Source: Candidatus Colwellbacteria bacterium (GTDB taxonomy: Bacteria > Patescibacteriota > Minisyncoccia > UBA6257 > Colwellbacteraceae). From it: a stretch of 64,000 nucleotides of DNA. The position numbers were made by a program, and so were the translations under genes. The stretch spans positions 537,925 through 601,924 of the forward strand of contig JACOWZ010000003.1 in the NCBI GenBank assembly GCA_016176525.1, read 5' to 3'. Below, one piece after another: positions 1 through 9,517 of this stretch (the first letter of the stretch is position 1; every line of letters begins with the position of its first letter). The notes under the pieces are model-generated. The model saw nothing but the letters and a program-made list of their open reading frames with translations. It was not told where the DNA came from and did no database searches.

Positions 1-1121
1 TCTTTGGCTTGTTTTTCCAAGATTTCAATGCGGTGTTCCCTTTGAGCAAGTGTTGTAACTTCCAGTCCTTTATAAATAAGGTCGGCGCGTTTTGATCTAT
101 CTTTATCATCTTCGTGTCTCATATGGTAGAAAGCGCTTTTAGATTTGTGATAATCGGTAATAAATACAAAATCGTGATTATGTTCTCGGCTAACATATTC
201 AGATATTTTTTTCTCTTCTTCAGGAGACAAATCGTGCTCCTCTCCCGATGGCATATTCTCCTTAGCAAGAATTTTCTTTGCATCAACCATTGCAATTCTT
301 GGAAACGGTTTGGCAGGTATTCCAAGATTTAATTCCGGGAATTCTTTTGCAACAGCCTTAAACCCTTCTATTATCATACCTTCTTCGGCATCCATAAGGT
401 CGTGGTGCGAATCTATGTAGGCCATCTCAAAATCCCAACCGGTAAATTCTGTCATATGCCTGGTGGTAAAAGACGGTTCTGCGCGGAATACAGGCCCAAT
501 CATAAAAACTCTTTCAAGGCCTGCTGCCATAGCCATTTGCTTATAGAACTGCGGCGATTGGGCAAGATATGCCTTGCGGTCAAAATACTTTACTTCAAAA
601 ACTTCGGCCCCGCTTTCGCTTGCGGTGTTCATTAAAGACGGCGTATATATTTGAATAAAATTGTTTTTTAAAAAATAATCTCTTATGCCCTTCTCAAATT
701 CTGTCCAAACCCTAAAGATTTTTGCCTTTTCCGGCTTACGAAGATCTAACCAGCGATAGTCAAGCCTTTTGGGCGCTTCTGCCTCTTCTTGCTTACCCTT
801 CTCTATTATCGGGATAGGCAATTCGGCGTTTGATAAAGAAAGTATCTTTATCTTCTCGGCTGATACCTCAAATCCGCCCGGCGCTTGCTTTTCTTCTTTC
901 GCCAGGCCCTCTATTTCAACAACTGACTCGTGTGTAAGCCCATCGGCAACCGCCATAGCCTCCTTATTCTTTTTGTGGACTACAATCTGGATAATTCCAG
1001 TTATATCGCGAAGAACAATAAATTTAATATTACCCTGGTCGCGGATAATCTGGGCAAAACCGTCTACTTTTACCTTTTTCCCAATATAGTCTTTTATATC
1101 TGAAACATAAACTCGCCGCAT
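1..1121 (-). CDS. aspS: Aspartyl-tRNA synthetase (short non-discriminating/archaeal type), runs off window start
   Basis: Manual translation from ATG at 1121: MRRVYVSDIKDYIGKKVKVDGFAQIIRDQGNIKFIVLRD (OB-fold), later RLDYRWLDLR, LAQSPQFYKQ and FRAEPSFTTRH motif 2. Confidence 0.9.
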   Translation of the reverse strand, partial: MRRVYVSDIKDYIGKKVKVDGFAQIIRDQGNIKFIVLRDITGIIQIVVHKKNKEAMAVADGLTHESVVEIEGLAKEEKQAPGGFEVSAEKIKILSLSNAELPIPIIEKGKQEEAEAPKRLDYRWLDLRKPEKAKIFRVWTEFEKGIRDYFLKNNFIQIYTPSLMNTASESGAEVFEVKYFDRKAYLAQSPQFYKQMAMAAGLERVFMIGPVFRAEPSFTTRHMTEFTGWDFEMAYIDSHHDLMDAEEGMIIEGFKAVAKEFPELNLGIPAKPFPRIAMVDAKKILAKENMPSGEEHDLSPEEEKKISEYVSREHNHDFVFITDYHKSKSAFYHMRHEDDKDRSKRADLIYKGLEVTTLAQREHRIEILEKQAK

Positions 1122-1174
1122 AATTGGTAATAATATACGAGTTTATGATAAACGTAAAATAAAAACCGCGGTCG

Positions 1175-1528
1175 TTATAACTGCGGCTCCTTAAGAATAC
1201 TGATTCGTACAATCTGGTGTGTTTCTGGATAATACCAGAAAAGCATACTCCCCTGCGGCATGATTTTTTTGTAAAGGTCCTGCAGATTCTCTTCTGGGTT
1301 AGCGAGAATCGTGTAGTTGCCGACACCGTTTTGTTTTGTGTCGAGTTTAAGGTAGATGCTATCGTCGGGAGTGCCTTCTGTGAAATCATTGCCCTTATCG
1401 TAAGTTCTGCTAACGATAATGGCGGCATCTTGTTCGTAATTCGTTCCTTCGTTGACGAAGGTTACAAACCCAACAAGTGTTACAGTAACTGCGACAAAAA
1501 TCGCTCCAAATAGTTCTCTGCCAAACAC
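1175..1528 (-). CDS. Hypothetical protein with N-terminal membrane anchor
   Basis: 117-aa ORF, hydrophobic N-terminus, AGAGGT SD upstream, hairpin plus U-tract overlapping the stop. Confidence 0.6.
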   Translation of the reverse strand: MFGRELFGAIFVAVTVTLVGFVTFVNEGTNYEQDAAIIVSRTYDKGNDFTEGTPDDSIYLKLDTKQNGVGNYTILANPEENLQDLYKKIMPQGSMLFWYYPETHQIVRISILKEPQL

Positions 1529-1576
1529 TTAGCCACCTCTGCAGAAAATTATAGGCTATTTAAGCACTCTTATCAA

Positions 1577-2641
1577 CTAAATAATTATGCCACCGCCAAG
1601 AAGCTCACCGTTTTTACTGTAGAAAACTGCAGACTGGCCAGGAGCAATGAATTTGATAGGTTTATCAAATTCTAGTTTATAGTTTGTAGTTGGTAGTTTG
1701 TAGATTGTTGCTTTGACAACCGGCTGGCGATAGCGAACGCGTGCAAGAACAGATATTGGAGATTTGAGATTTGATACTGGAGATACGAGATTCACATTTG
1801 TTAATTCAACTTCTTTGCGATACAAAGCTTCGTTATTTTCACCTTCGGCAATGACTATAGTGTTTGCTTTAACATCGCGCTCTGCTACATATGTTGGGCT
1901 TTTAAATCCACCTATACCCAAACCATGTCTTTGGCCAATGGTGTAGAAATATGCGCCGTCGTGGCGGCCAATAGAAACGCCCTCGGTGTTCAACACCGTT
2001 CCTTCATGTTTTGGTAAATATTCACCCAAAAAGTCTTTTAAGGTCACTTGGCCTATAAAGCAGATGCCTTGTGAATCTTTCTTATCAAAATTAGGTAGAC
2101 CTACTTTCTTAGCGATTGCGCGAACCTGTTTCTTTGTATAGTCGCCTATCGGGAAGAGAGAATGTTTTAGCTGATCTTGCATAAGAGTCCATAAGAAATA
2201 AGATTGATCTTTCTGCGTGTCTCGCGCAGAAAGCAATTTTAAATTTGAAATTTTAAATTTTAAATTCCGCTGCAAGCGGACGTAATGTCCAGTTGCTACA
2301 TAATCTGCTCCTAACTCCAGTGCTTTTTTTAAAAATATCCCGAATTTTATTTCTTTATTGCACATAACATCCGGGTTTGGGGTAATACCCTTCTTGTATC
2401 CGTCTATCATATAGTCAACAACAGCTTTCTTATATTCTTTCTCCAAATTCAGTACATAAAAAGGAATATCTAAGTGCTCTGCCGCGCGGCGGGCCATTTC
2501 TGCCTCTTTTTCGTCACATCCGTTTACATTCCAGCAACGCAAATGCACGCCCACGACATCGTAGTTTTGTTTCTTCAATAAATATGCGGCCACGGAAGAA
2601 TCCACTCCTCCCGAGAGCCCTACAAACACTTTCTTCTTCAT
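1577..2641 (-). CDS. mnmA: tRNA 2-thiouridylase MnmA
   Basis: SGGVDS, TPNPDVMCN, ATGHY, KDQSYFL, DSQGICF, YTIGQRHG and APGQSAVFY motifs. Confidence 0.97.
   Translation of the reverse strand: MKKKVFVGLSGGVDSSVAAYLLKKQNYDVVGVHLRCWNVNGCDEKEAEMARRAAEHLDIPFYVLNLEKEYKKAVVDYMIDGYKKGITPNPDVMCNKEIKFGIFLKKALELGADYVATGHYVRLQRNLKFKISNLKLLSARDTQKDQSYFLWTLMQDQLKHSLFPIGDYTKKQVRAIAKKVGLPNFDKKDSQGICFIGQVTLKDFLGEYLPKHEGTVLNTEGVSIGRHDGAYFYTIGQRHGLGIGGFKSPTYVAERDVKANTIVIAEGENNEALYRKEVELTNVNLVSPVSNLKSPISVLARVRYRQPVVKATIYKLPTTNYKLEFDKPIKFIAPGQSAVFYSKNGELLGGGIII
1673..1707. repeat. 7-nt tandem array (TAGTTTR-like x5) in frame within mnmA
   Basis: tagttta tagtttg tagttgg tagtttg tagattg; encodes IYKLPTTNYKL. Confidence 0.85.
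1752..1793. repeat. 7-nt tandem array (GAGATTT-like x6) in frame within mnmA
   Basis: gatattg gagattt gagattt gatactg gagatac gagattc; encodes NLVSPVSNLKSPIS. Confidence 0.75.
2234..2268. repeat. 7-nt tandem array (AAATTTT-like x5) in frame within mnmA
   Basis: caatttt aaatttg aaatttt aaatttt aaattcc; encodes NLKFKISNLKL. Confidence 0.85.
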
Positions 2642-2657
2642 AGCGCTATCCTAATAT

Positions 2658-3176
2658 TTAGCGCACCCATTTGCAACCTGTTCTATTTTGTTTTGCTTGC
2701 TGTTCTGCTAGGGCAATTTCTTGCCTATATTTTGTGTTTGGTTGGTAGAATAGGGCTATAGCCATGCCTTCCTCGACAAGTTTTAGGTTAATATTCGCAT
2801 CCCCCACAAAAATGTAGCGCAAAAACCTGCCATATTGGTCGCTGTCTTCAATATCGCTTTCCAAGTGCACTTGCTTCATTAAAACCAATTCTTCTAGTCT
2901 AGTTTTTGCCGCATCGTAGCATATATGCCCGCGCTCGTCTGCATCAATGCCAAGCAGGCGCACCGAGTTGCCACTCTCTATAACAACAGTGTCGCCGTCT
3001 ATAACTTTGGTCACAACCGCTTCACTACTGATTTCGTTTATTGCTTCTTTATCAGTCTCACCGCCAAGGTAAATTTGTAAATTAGCATTGCCGGAGATAA
3101 CAATAGCCACACTGATTAAGAGCCCTACAATAACAATGCCGATTAATATTTGATACCTCTCAAAAAAGCTTTTCAC
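2658..3176 (-). CDS. Membrane-anchored thermonuclease (SNase) family protein
   Basis: VIDGDT, VRLLGIDA, DQYGRFLRY, NLKLVEEG motifs after an N-terminal TM helix. Confidence 0.9.
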   Translation of the reverse strand: MKSFFERYQILIGIVIVGLLISVAIVISGNANLQIYLGGETDKEAINEISSEAVVTKVIDGDTVVIESGNSVRLLGIDADERGHICYDAAKTRLEELVLMKQVHLESDIEDSDQYGRFLRYIFVGDANINLKLVEEGMAIALFYQPNTKYRQEIALAEQQAKQNRTGCKWVR

Positions 3177-4189
3177 TCGTCGTCCTCGTCGTCGTCACTT
3201 TCTTCCTCATTTTCATCTTCGTCATCCTCATCCTCATCGTCCTTATCTTCATCATCCTTATCTTCGTCGTCTTCATCTTCTGCTTCGTCAATAATATTCT
3301 TAACCTTCTCGAACGAATCATCTGCTTCTTTTGCCAAACGTTCGGCTTCTTCAAAATCGCCGGCATTAAAGGCAGTTTTGGCCTGGGCTATTAAACTATC
3401 GAATTCCATAAATGAATCTGCTGCAAGCTCAACGCCTTCGGCTTTTGCTTCTTCAATCAACTCCTGCTTTTCATCTTGAGCCTCGCTAATCTCTTCTTCT
3501 GCGTCACTCCTTGCGTCTTCCTCGTCCATCTCCATGTCTTCTTCTAAATCATCATCATCAAGATCATCCTCCAGCTTATCTTTTTCGGCTTCAAGCGCAT
3601 CTATTGTTTTATCTTTTAACTCTTCGGCGGCATCTTTTTCTGCTTCAATTGCTTCTAATTCTGCTTTAAGTGTTTCTATAAGTTCGGCATCTCCTGCCTC
3701 TTTCGCGGCTTTAATTTGCTCTTTTAACTCGTCTTTTTGGATGTGGAACTCATCAAGTGCGGTTTCAAATACAGCCTTTGCTTCTTCTCTTTTTTGGTGA
3801 AACTCTTGGTTAATCTCATTTGCAAACTCGCTAACATCTTTGCCTTTTTGCTTCTCTTTTTCAACAATATCTGCAGCGCGCTTTAGGTGAACTTCGAAGC
3901 GCTCTTTTGCTTGGTCTAACCCTTTGGCATTTGCACCCTTGGTCTCTATCATCAGCTTTACCTCGGCCACGCGTTCGGCAGCAAACTTAATTTGCAGCTT
4001 TGCCTTGCCTTCGGCGCCGAATGTAAAAAACTCTCTAACTGATTCGGCCCACTTATCTAAGAAATAAAACAGGCTCTCCGGTGTTAGCCCAGCAGCCGGC
4101 AATTCTAAGTCGGCTTCTTGTGCGTAAACCGCAGATGCGCCCCCGACCAGGGCCAAACCGACCAAAACCGAAATAAGTATTTTTTTCAT
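3173..4189 (-). CDS. Secreted acidic coiled-coil protein (DUF5667-like)
   Basis: Signal peptide, AGLTPESLFYFLDKWAE motif, E/K-rich helices, poly-acidic tail. Confidence 0.75.
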   Translation of the reverse strand: MKKILISVLVGLALVGGASAVYAQEADLELPAAGLTPESLFYFLDKWAESVREFFTFGAEGKAKLQIKFAAERVAEVKLMIETKGANAKGLDQAKERFEVHLKRAADIVEKEKQKGKDVSEFANEINQEFHQKREEAKAVFETALDEFHIQKDELKEQIKAAKEAGDAELIETLKAELEAIEAEKDAAEELKDKTIDALEAEKDKLEDDLDDDDLEEDMEMDEEDARSDAEEEISEAQDEKQELIEEAKAEGVELAADSFMEFDSLIAQAKTAFNAGDFEEAERLAKEADDSFEKVKNIIDEAEDEDDEDKDDEDKDDEDEDDEDENEEESDDDEDDE

Positions 4190-4269
4190 GTTTATATTAT
4201 ACACTATTTCGAAAGGCCGTATTGATTTTCTGCTATGTTTGGGCTAACTTGTAGCCAGGAGAGTTCCTA

Positions 4270-4866
4270 ATGAAAACAGCGCTAATCTCCGTATACCATA
4301 AAGACGGCATTGTGGAGTTTGCAAGACGCCTCTTGAAAATTGGCGACTGGGAAATCCTTGCCTCTGGAGGCACAGCAAAGCACCTTGAAAACGCAGGAAT
4401 ACCAGTAGAAGATGTAGCAACACTAGTTGGCAAGCCGATACTCGGCCACCGCGTTGTCACTCTATCGCGAGAGATTCATGCGGCGCTTCTTGCGCGAGAT
4501 ACCCCAGAAGATCAGGCAGAACTTGACCGAATAGGCGTGCCGCGCATTGACCTAGTTTGCGTTGATCTCTATCCGCTAGAGGCCGCGATCAAAGAAGGCA
4601 AATCTGCCGAAGAAGTGCAAGAATTGACTGACATCGGCGGACCAACCCTTCTGCGCTCTGCCGCAAAAGGCAGGCGGCTCGTAATAGCAGAACCGCATGT
4701 ACGAGAAACTGTTCTGCAATGGCTCAAAAACGGGCGTCCTCACAATCATAAGGAATTCTGCCGAGCCCTCGCGGCAAAAGCCGAAGCTACTGTAGCGCAT
4801 TACTGCCTAACTTCGGCAGCGTACTTGGAAAAGAAGGTAGTAACTCTGCAACGATACAATACCTGA
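4270..4866 (+). CDS. Stand-alone N-terminal half of PurH (MGS-like / IMP cyclohydrolase domain)
   Basis: ALISVYHKDGI, LASGGTAKHL, HRVVTL, IDLVCVDLYP, DIGGPTLLRSAAK; no AICAR transformylase half. Confidence 0.85.
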   Translation: MKTALISVYHKDGIVEFARRLLKIGDWEILASGGTAKHLENAGIPVEDVATLVGKPILGHRVVTLSREIHAALLARDTPEDQAELDRIGVPRIDLVCVDLYPLEAAIKEGKSAEEVQELTDIGGPTLLRSAAKGRRLVIAEPHVRETVLQWLKNGRPHNHKEFCRALAAKAEATVAHYCLTSAAYLEKKVVTLQRYNT

Positions 4867-5381
4867 CCGCACCCTAGCGGTCTTTTTTTATTCTCTTTTT
4901 CTAACTTTTCTAAAATAGTTTTCAAATTGCCAGATATAAAAACAAGATTGTCAGGTTCTTTAAATCCCAGCTTCTTGTACCAATTTAGTGAATAAGAATC
5001 CTTAAAGGTTGTTGCTTCGAAATATTTTGCATCATATTTATCTATAGCCTCTTGATATAGCGTCTTGGATAACTGCACTCCTACTCCCTTACCCTGATAA
5101 TCAGGCGCTACAAATATTTCGCCATCGTACAGACAATTACCGTTCCACCACGGTTTTACTGCTGTAAAAAATGCTCCAACTATTTTGCCATCATCTTCAG
5201 CTAGAAAATCTAATTTATTCTTTCTATCAAACCAGTATTTTAATAATTTGTGTGCTGATTTTTCAGTCCACTTCTCGCCAACATCATGTCTTTTTGGGTC
5301 ATAGACCTCACAATATAACTTTGCTAACAAATTTAAGTCACCTTCTTTTACGCGTCTTATTGATACTTTATTATTCTTCAT
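4800..5381 (-). CDS. GNAT family N-acetyltransferase
   Basis: IFVAPDYQGKGVG acetyl-CoA motif A, WYKKLGF; ATG at 5381 overlaps the upstream TGA. Confidence 0.85.
   Translation of the reverse strand: MKNNKVSIRRVKEGDLNLLAKLYCEVYDPKRHDVGEKWTEKSAHKLLKYWFDRKNKLDFLAEDDGKIVGAFFTAVKPWWNGNCLYDGEIFVAPDYQGKGVGVQLSKTLYQEAIDKYDAKYFEATTFKDSYSLNWYKKLGFKEPDNLVFISGNLKTILEKLEKENKKRPLGCGQVLYRCRVTTFFSKYAAEVRQ
4865..4889 (+). terminator. Intrinsic terminator of the PurH-like gene
   Basis: GACCGC-accctA-GCGGTC followed by T7. Confidence 0.75.
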
Positions 5382-5935
5382 GCGGACTTTTTTGCTATTT
5401 CTTCTCGCCACTTGATTAATTTGTATTGATCAACAAGTTCAATCGGCTTATCTTCTGAAAACCTTTCTGCCTCTAGAGTGAATTTGTTAGTAGTAATAAA
5501 GTATCCTTTTCCGTTTGTAATCTTACCAGCAATCGCGCCATAAAAATCTCTCATGGCTCCAACCCCAACCTCTTGAATAATAAATTTCTTGCACTGTATA
5601 TAGTGCTTAATCCCGTCTTTTTCTGCTATAACATCTATTCCTCCATCATAAGGGCCTCCGACTGATTCGGTTCTAAATCCCATTTCTCTAAACATCCAAG
5701 CAATATAATCTTCAAATTCCTTAGGTGAGTATCTACGGATCTTATTGATATAGTCCTTACCTGAAAGCCATTTCTCGTTTTTCGCAAATCTTCCTTGCTT
5801 TAATAAATTAGGCAAAACACTGTATATAAAGATGCGGGAGGCAATTACAATTAATAAAATTATCCAAATCGGCCAAAGTTTCCATAATAACACTAATACA
5901 TCTTTCAATATCTGTAACCAAAAATTATCTAGCAT
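5378..5935 (-). CDS. Mrr-like (Mrr_cat) restriction endonuclease with N-terminal TM segment
   Basis: EFEDYIA, DGGIDV and IQCK (D...QxK), ITTNKFT motifs. Confidence 0.85.
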   Translation of the reverse strand: MLDNFWLQILKDVLVLLWKLWPIWIILLIVIASRIFIYSVLPNLLKQGRFAKNEKWLSGKDYINKIRRYSPKEFEDYIAWMFREMGFRTESVGGPYDGGIDVIAEKDGIKHYIQCKKFIIQEVGVGAMRDFYGAIAGKITNGKGYFITTNKFTLEAERFSEDKPIELVDQYKLIKWREEIAKKSA

Positions 5936-5960
5936 AAATTTATTATATCACCCTATACAA

Positions 5961-5984
5961 AAACGCGCTTTTTCAAGCGCGTTT
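5961..5984. terminator. Hairpin, probable terminator after the R-M operon
   Basis: AAACGCGCTT-tttc-AAGCGCGTTT. Confidence 0.55.
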
Positions 5985-6038
5985 CGAGACTGTTTAGTAG
6001 ATTTAAAAAATCTTCCTGGTTGCATATATGTAATGATA

Positions 6039-6755
6039 TTAAATGTTTTTAATATAATGAATGATTACTGATATAAACCTAGATAATTTTGATGCTGAAT
6101 CAAAGAATAATGTTATCAAAGAAATAAAAACAATAATGACAATGTTTAATAATTGACTTGGTTGTAGACCAAAAACAGCAGTCACCATAAAATAGGACGC
6201 TAAAACAAAAAGAAACAGTGAAATTTCTCCTGAATAATCCATAGCTTTCTTAAACCTTGATTTTCTTTCTTCGGATAATTTCTTGTTTTCTTCCCTCAAC
6301 TTATCAGTGCTAGCTAAGTTACTTAGTCGTTGGAAGTATTCTTTTGTAGCCTCATAAGAGTTATCAAATTTCTCTCCTCTTCCTATTCTTCCAAAATATT
6401 CGTCCAAAAGATTCAGTCTTTCTTCTAGGGCTAAATTGTATTCATCTTGCATTTTTTGTAGGTTGTTAGATTCGTTATCTAACTTCTCTCTTACAATTAG
6501 CAAATTAAAAATTATTACTATAATATTCAAAACTAACCCTATGAAAAAATAATTATTGTTTGGAATATCAATAATCGACGATAACCCCAGCACTGCTCCA
6601 GAAAGTATCGTTACATGCTTGAAAAATCCCCATTTTTGCTCAGCTATTTTAATCTGAGTATCCTTAAAATCTTTATTCAAATCATTACGTAACCGAATAG
6701 CATCTTTTCTTTCTTTCGCTATTAGATCTATAAAGCGTTGCTGTTCTAAATTCAT
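6039..6755 (-). CDS. AT-rich hypothetical multi-TM membrane protein
   Basis: 238 aa, two pairs of hydrophobic helices separated by a coiled coil. Confidence 0.7.
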   Translation of the reverse strand: MNLEQQRFIDLIAKERKDAIRLRNDLNKDFKDTQIKIAEQKWGFFKHVTILSGAVLGLSSIIDIPNNNYFFIGLVLNIIVIIFNLLIVREKLDNESNNLQKMQDEYNLALEERLNLLDEYFGRIGRGEKFDNSYEATKEYFQRLSNLASTDKLREENKKLSEERKSRFKKAMDYSGEISLFLFVLASYFMVTAVFGLQPSQLLNIVIIVFISLITLFFDSASKLSRFISVIIHYIKNI

Positions 6756-6818
6756 AAATTTATTCTCCTAATTTTTTTTTATTGGGTAGTTATTTTATTT
6801 TCTGTTTGCCTTACTATG

Positions 6819-9512
6819 TTATTTTTTATCAAAAACCCTCACGATTTCGTCAAAGTTTCTCAGTTTATCCCTTTCCCATTCCTCTTGCTTTATATAAAGG
6901 GCTTTATAGACAACTCGACTTTGCCGATCGTTTACATCCTCACACCACTTTTGTAATCTTTCAAACTTTAATTTATCGTCATCTTCTTCTCGTCCTTTTG
7001 TTTCAATAATGTAAACGGTTTTCTCATTTTTCTTCACAAAGAAATCAGGGTAGTAGGTGGCTATAAATCCCTCTGAATTTTTATACTCAATTCTAAGCGC
7101 GTTTGCTTCTTTGTTTTGGAAATTCTTTGCAAAAGAAATAACATCATCACAATTTTCAAGAAAATCAGAAAATACCAGCTCAAAATCACTGTCGCCGACA
7201 ATCTTATTGAAGACTGATTTTTTCGGTATTAAGTATGATTTGTCATTCACGACAAAGGGACGCGCCTCGCTGATTTTTATATAATTCTTTATCTCCGTAT
7301 CTCCCTTGTCTTCAACTGTAAGCTCGTTAATAGCTTTCTTGAAAGAATCTTTTATGAGCCTAATATACTCAACCTCTGACAAGTTTCTTAAAACATTGAG
7401 GTCTGACAAATTCACAGGGCTGTCAAACATATTATTCTGCACAAACTCTCTTACCTTGCCGAACAAAATGTCGTAGCAACCGAACAGACGCAGCTCCCGC
7501 ATTATTGCTTGCGCAAAAAATCCGACAACGCTTTGATAATCTGGCTCAATCTCACCGGAAAGTATTGTCGTGTGATGCGTTTTCTCATCCACCACATCTT
7601 TAAAAACAATTTCTCTCTTTTCTTCTTCAGAGAAAGTCTTTACTTTGACTTTTTTATTTCCAAATTTTGAAACATCTAACTCGGCAAGGTTTTTATACTC
7701 TCTCTGAATCCTCGGAGACATCACCGGAATCTCAATATCAAGTTTCTCAATATCTTTTTTCGGATTATCTTTATCAACCTCAATAACCATCGGGGCTATT
7801 GGCTTCGCACCTGTCCCCATCGCTTTCTTCTCAAGAATAACGCCCTCGCCTTTGATTGACTCAACAAAGTCCATAAAAGCGGGTGTTCCCACAACACTTA
7901 CATACTCCTCAACATCATCTCTGCCGAAAAACATTCTGCGTAGTCCTCGCCCAAGGGTTTGTTCTGGGAGAATTTTTGAATCGGCGGCATAAGGTCGTAA
8001 GCCAACGATAGTCGTTACATTTTTTACATCCCAACCCTCTTTCAACATCATCACGGAAATGATCACCTTGAACGGACTTTCCCAACTATCAATTTCATTT
8101 GCTTGCTTTCTAAGTAAATCTAATTCTTCTTTGCTTTTTCCAGAAACGCTTTCAGAAATTTCACCACTCTTATTTGTGTGAATGGTCAAAACCGCGCCTT
8201 TCAAACTTTTAAAACTCGTCTCAATGTATTCCGCCACTTCATCGCAGTTTTTTGTATCATCCGTCATTATGAAAAGAATGGACTTTTTACCCATCGGCTT
8301 TAATACATCGTATGTTTTCTGCCATTCCTCAATACCAAGATTTATATAATCTCTGTATTTTTCGCTGAATAGCGTACTCTGATTTTCTTTCAATTTTCCT
8401 CGGCTCGCCGCGTCCGGCGCAACAGGATTTTTTACAACTCTTTGATGTATCGCTTCAACAAGCGGATAATCAGAAATCGTCTGCACAAAAATAGAACCGT
8501 CATTCTTTTTTGGGGTAGCAGTAAGGTCAATCTGCAAAGATAATCCAGTCCCTTTCTGTTTCAGTCGATTGTCTATGTCGGTAATTGATTTAACCCAAGC
8601 AGACTTATCATCGTGCAAGTGATGGGCTTCGTCATTGAGCACGATAAGCTCGTCTATGTCTCTTACAATCACTCCGAGATCAACCTTAGAATCGCTCGTT
8701 TTAGTAACCGGCTTATCGCCTAAGAAATAGCGGGAAGTATCCTCATCATCCGCGCTTGCGTCTCTTATATCACTTTCAAAAACTCTATGGATATTGGTCA
8801 AAAATATATTTCCTGTGTCGGAAACATTGCGTAAATCATCCTGCAAATGCAAAGTCATTTGAAAATCGTCCTGCCAGTTTTGCCCATGATATCCGTTGTC
8901 AGGCAAAACAGGATCGCTAAAGAAGATTTTTAACCCCTCAAAATCATTCTTGATTCTTTCAAAAACAATGACATTCGGAGTTATCAAAAGAAAGTTCTTT
9001 GCCAAACTTGAATCTTCTTCATATTTTTTATGAAAATATGCCCATGCGATTACCAAACTCATCACTTTAGTCTTGCCCGCGCCTGTCGCCATCTTAATAA
9101 CAAAGCGAAGCCATTCCTCGGTAAACATCTGCGGACTTAACACGCCAGTCGTGTTGTAACGAATAAGATCGTATTTATCTTTTACTTTTGCCACCTCGTA
9201 AAGCCACACGACTGTTTCTAGCGCCTCCCTCTGTGCGAAATAGTATTTGAATTGAGTTGATGCTCCATGCTGGTCATATAAAATATGTTTTTCCCTAAAC
9301 CACCAATTCAAAAGCGACTTAGAAGTATCACTTGCTCCCTCATAATTTTTATCTCGCCATTCTTTTACTTTTTCACGGAGTCCTGCAACAAGAGGCGGTA
9401 GGAGTTTTTGAATAGCTCCTTTTTCCCGCAAATCCTCGTCAGCAGGAAACCATCTGATTTGAGGGTCAAGTATCGCATATGGGTCTTTGGGAAAATCCTT
9501 GTGTAGGGCCAT
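6819..9512 (-). CDS. res: Type III restriction enzyme Res subunit
   Basis: MATGAGKT Walker A, NDEAHH, TATP, MLKEGWD, QTLGRGLR and C-terminal PDF...IETKG nuclease motif. Confidence 0.92.
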   Translation of the reverse strand: MALHKDFPKDPYAILDPQIRWFPADEDLREKGAIQKLLPPLVAGLREKVKEWRDKNYEGASDTSKSLLNWWFREKHILYDQHGASTQFKYYFAQREALETVVWLYEVAKVKDKYDLIRYNTTGVLSPQMFTEEWLRFVIKMATGAGKTKVMSLVIAWAYFHKKYEEDSSLAKNFLLITPNVIVFERIKNDFEGLKIFFSDPVLPDNGYHGQNWQDDFQMTLHLQDDLRNVSDTGNIFLTNIHRVFESDIRDASADDEDTSRYFLGDKPVTKTSDSKVDLGVIVRDIDELIVLNDEAHHLHDDKSAWVKSITDIDNRLKQKGTGLSLQIDLTATPKKNDGSIFVQTISDYPLVEAIHQRVVKNPVAPDAASRGKLKENQSTLFSEKYRDYINLGIEEWQKTYDVLKPMGKKSILFIMTDDTKNCDEVAEYIETSFKSLKGAVLTIHTNKSGEISESVSGKSKEELDLLRKQANEIDSWESPFKVIISVMMLKEGWDVKNVTTIVGLRPYAADSKILPEQTLGRGLRRMFFGRDDVEEYVSVVGTPAFMDFVESIKGEGVILEKKAMGTGAKPIAPMVIEVDKDNPKKDIEKLDIEIPVMSPRIQREYKNLAELDVSKFGNKKVKVKTFSEEEKREIVFKDVVDEKTHHTTILSGEIEPDYQSVVGFFAQAIMRELRLFGCYDILFGKVREFVQNNMFDSPVNLSDLNVLRNLSEVEYIRLIKDSFKKAINELTVEDKGDTEIKNYIKISEARPFVVNDKSYLIPKKSVFNKIVGDSDFELVFSDFLENCDDVISFAKNFQNKEANALRIEYKNSEGFIATYYPDFFVKKNEKTVYIIETKGREEDDDKLKFERLQKWCEDVNDRQSRVVYKALYIKQEEWERDKLRNFDEIVRVFDKK

Positions 9513-9517
9513 AAAAT

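Noticed and set aside
3173..3300. TCN-type trinucleotide repeats and the poly-Ser ORF 3150-3479
   Set aside because: These are the antisense of the poly-Asp/Glu tail of the DUF5667-like gene.
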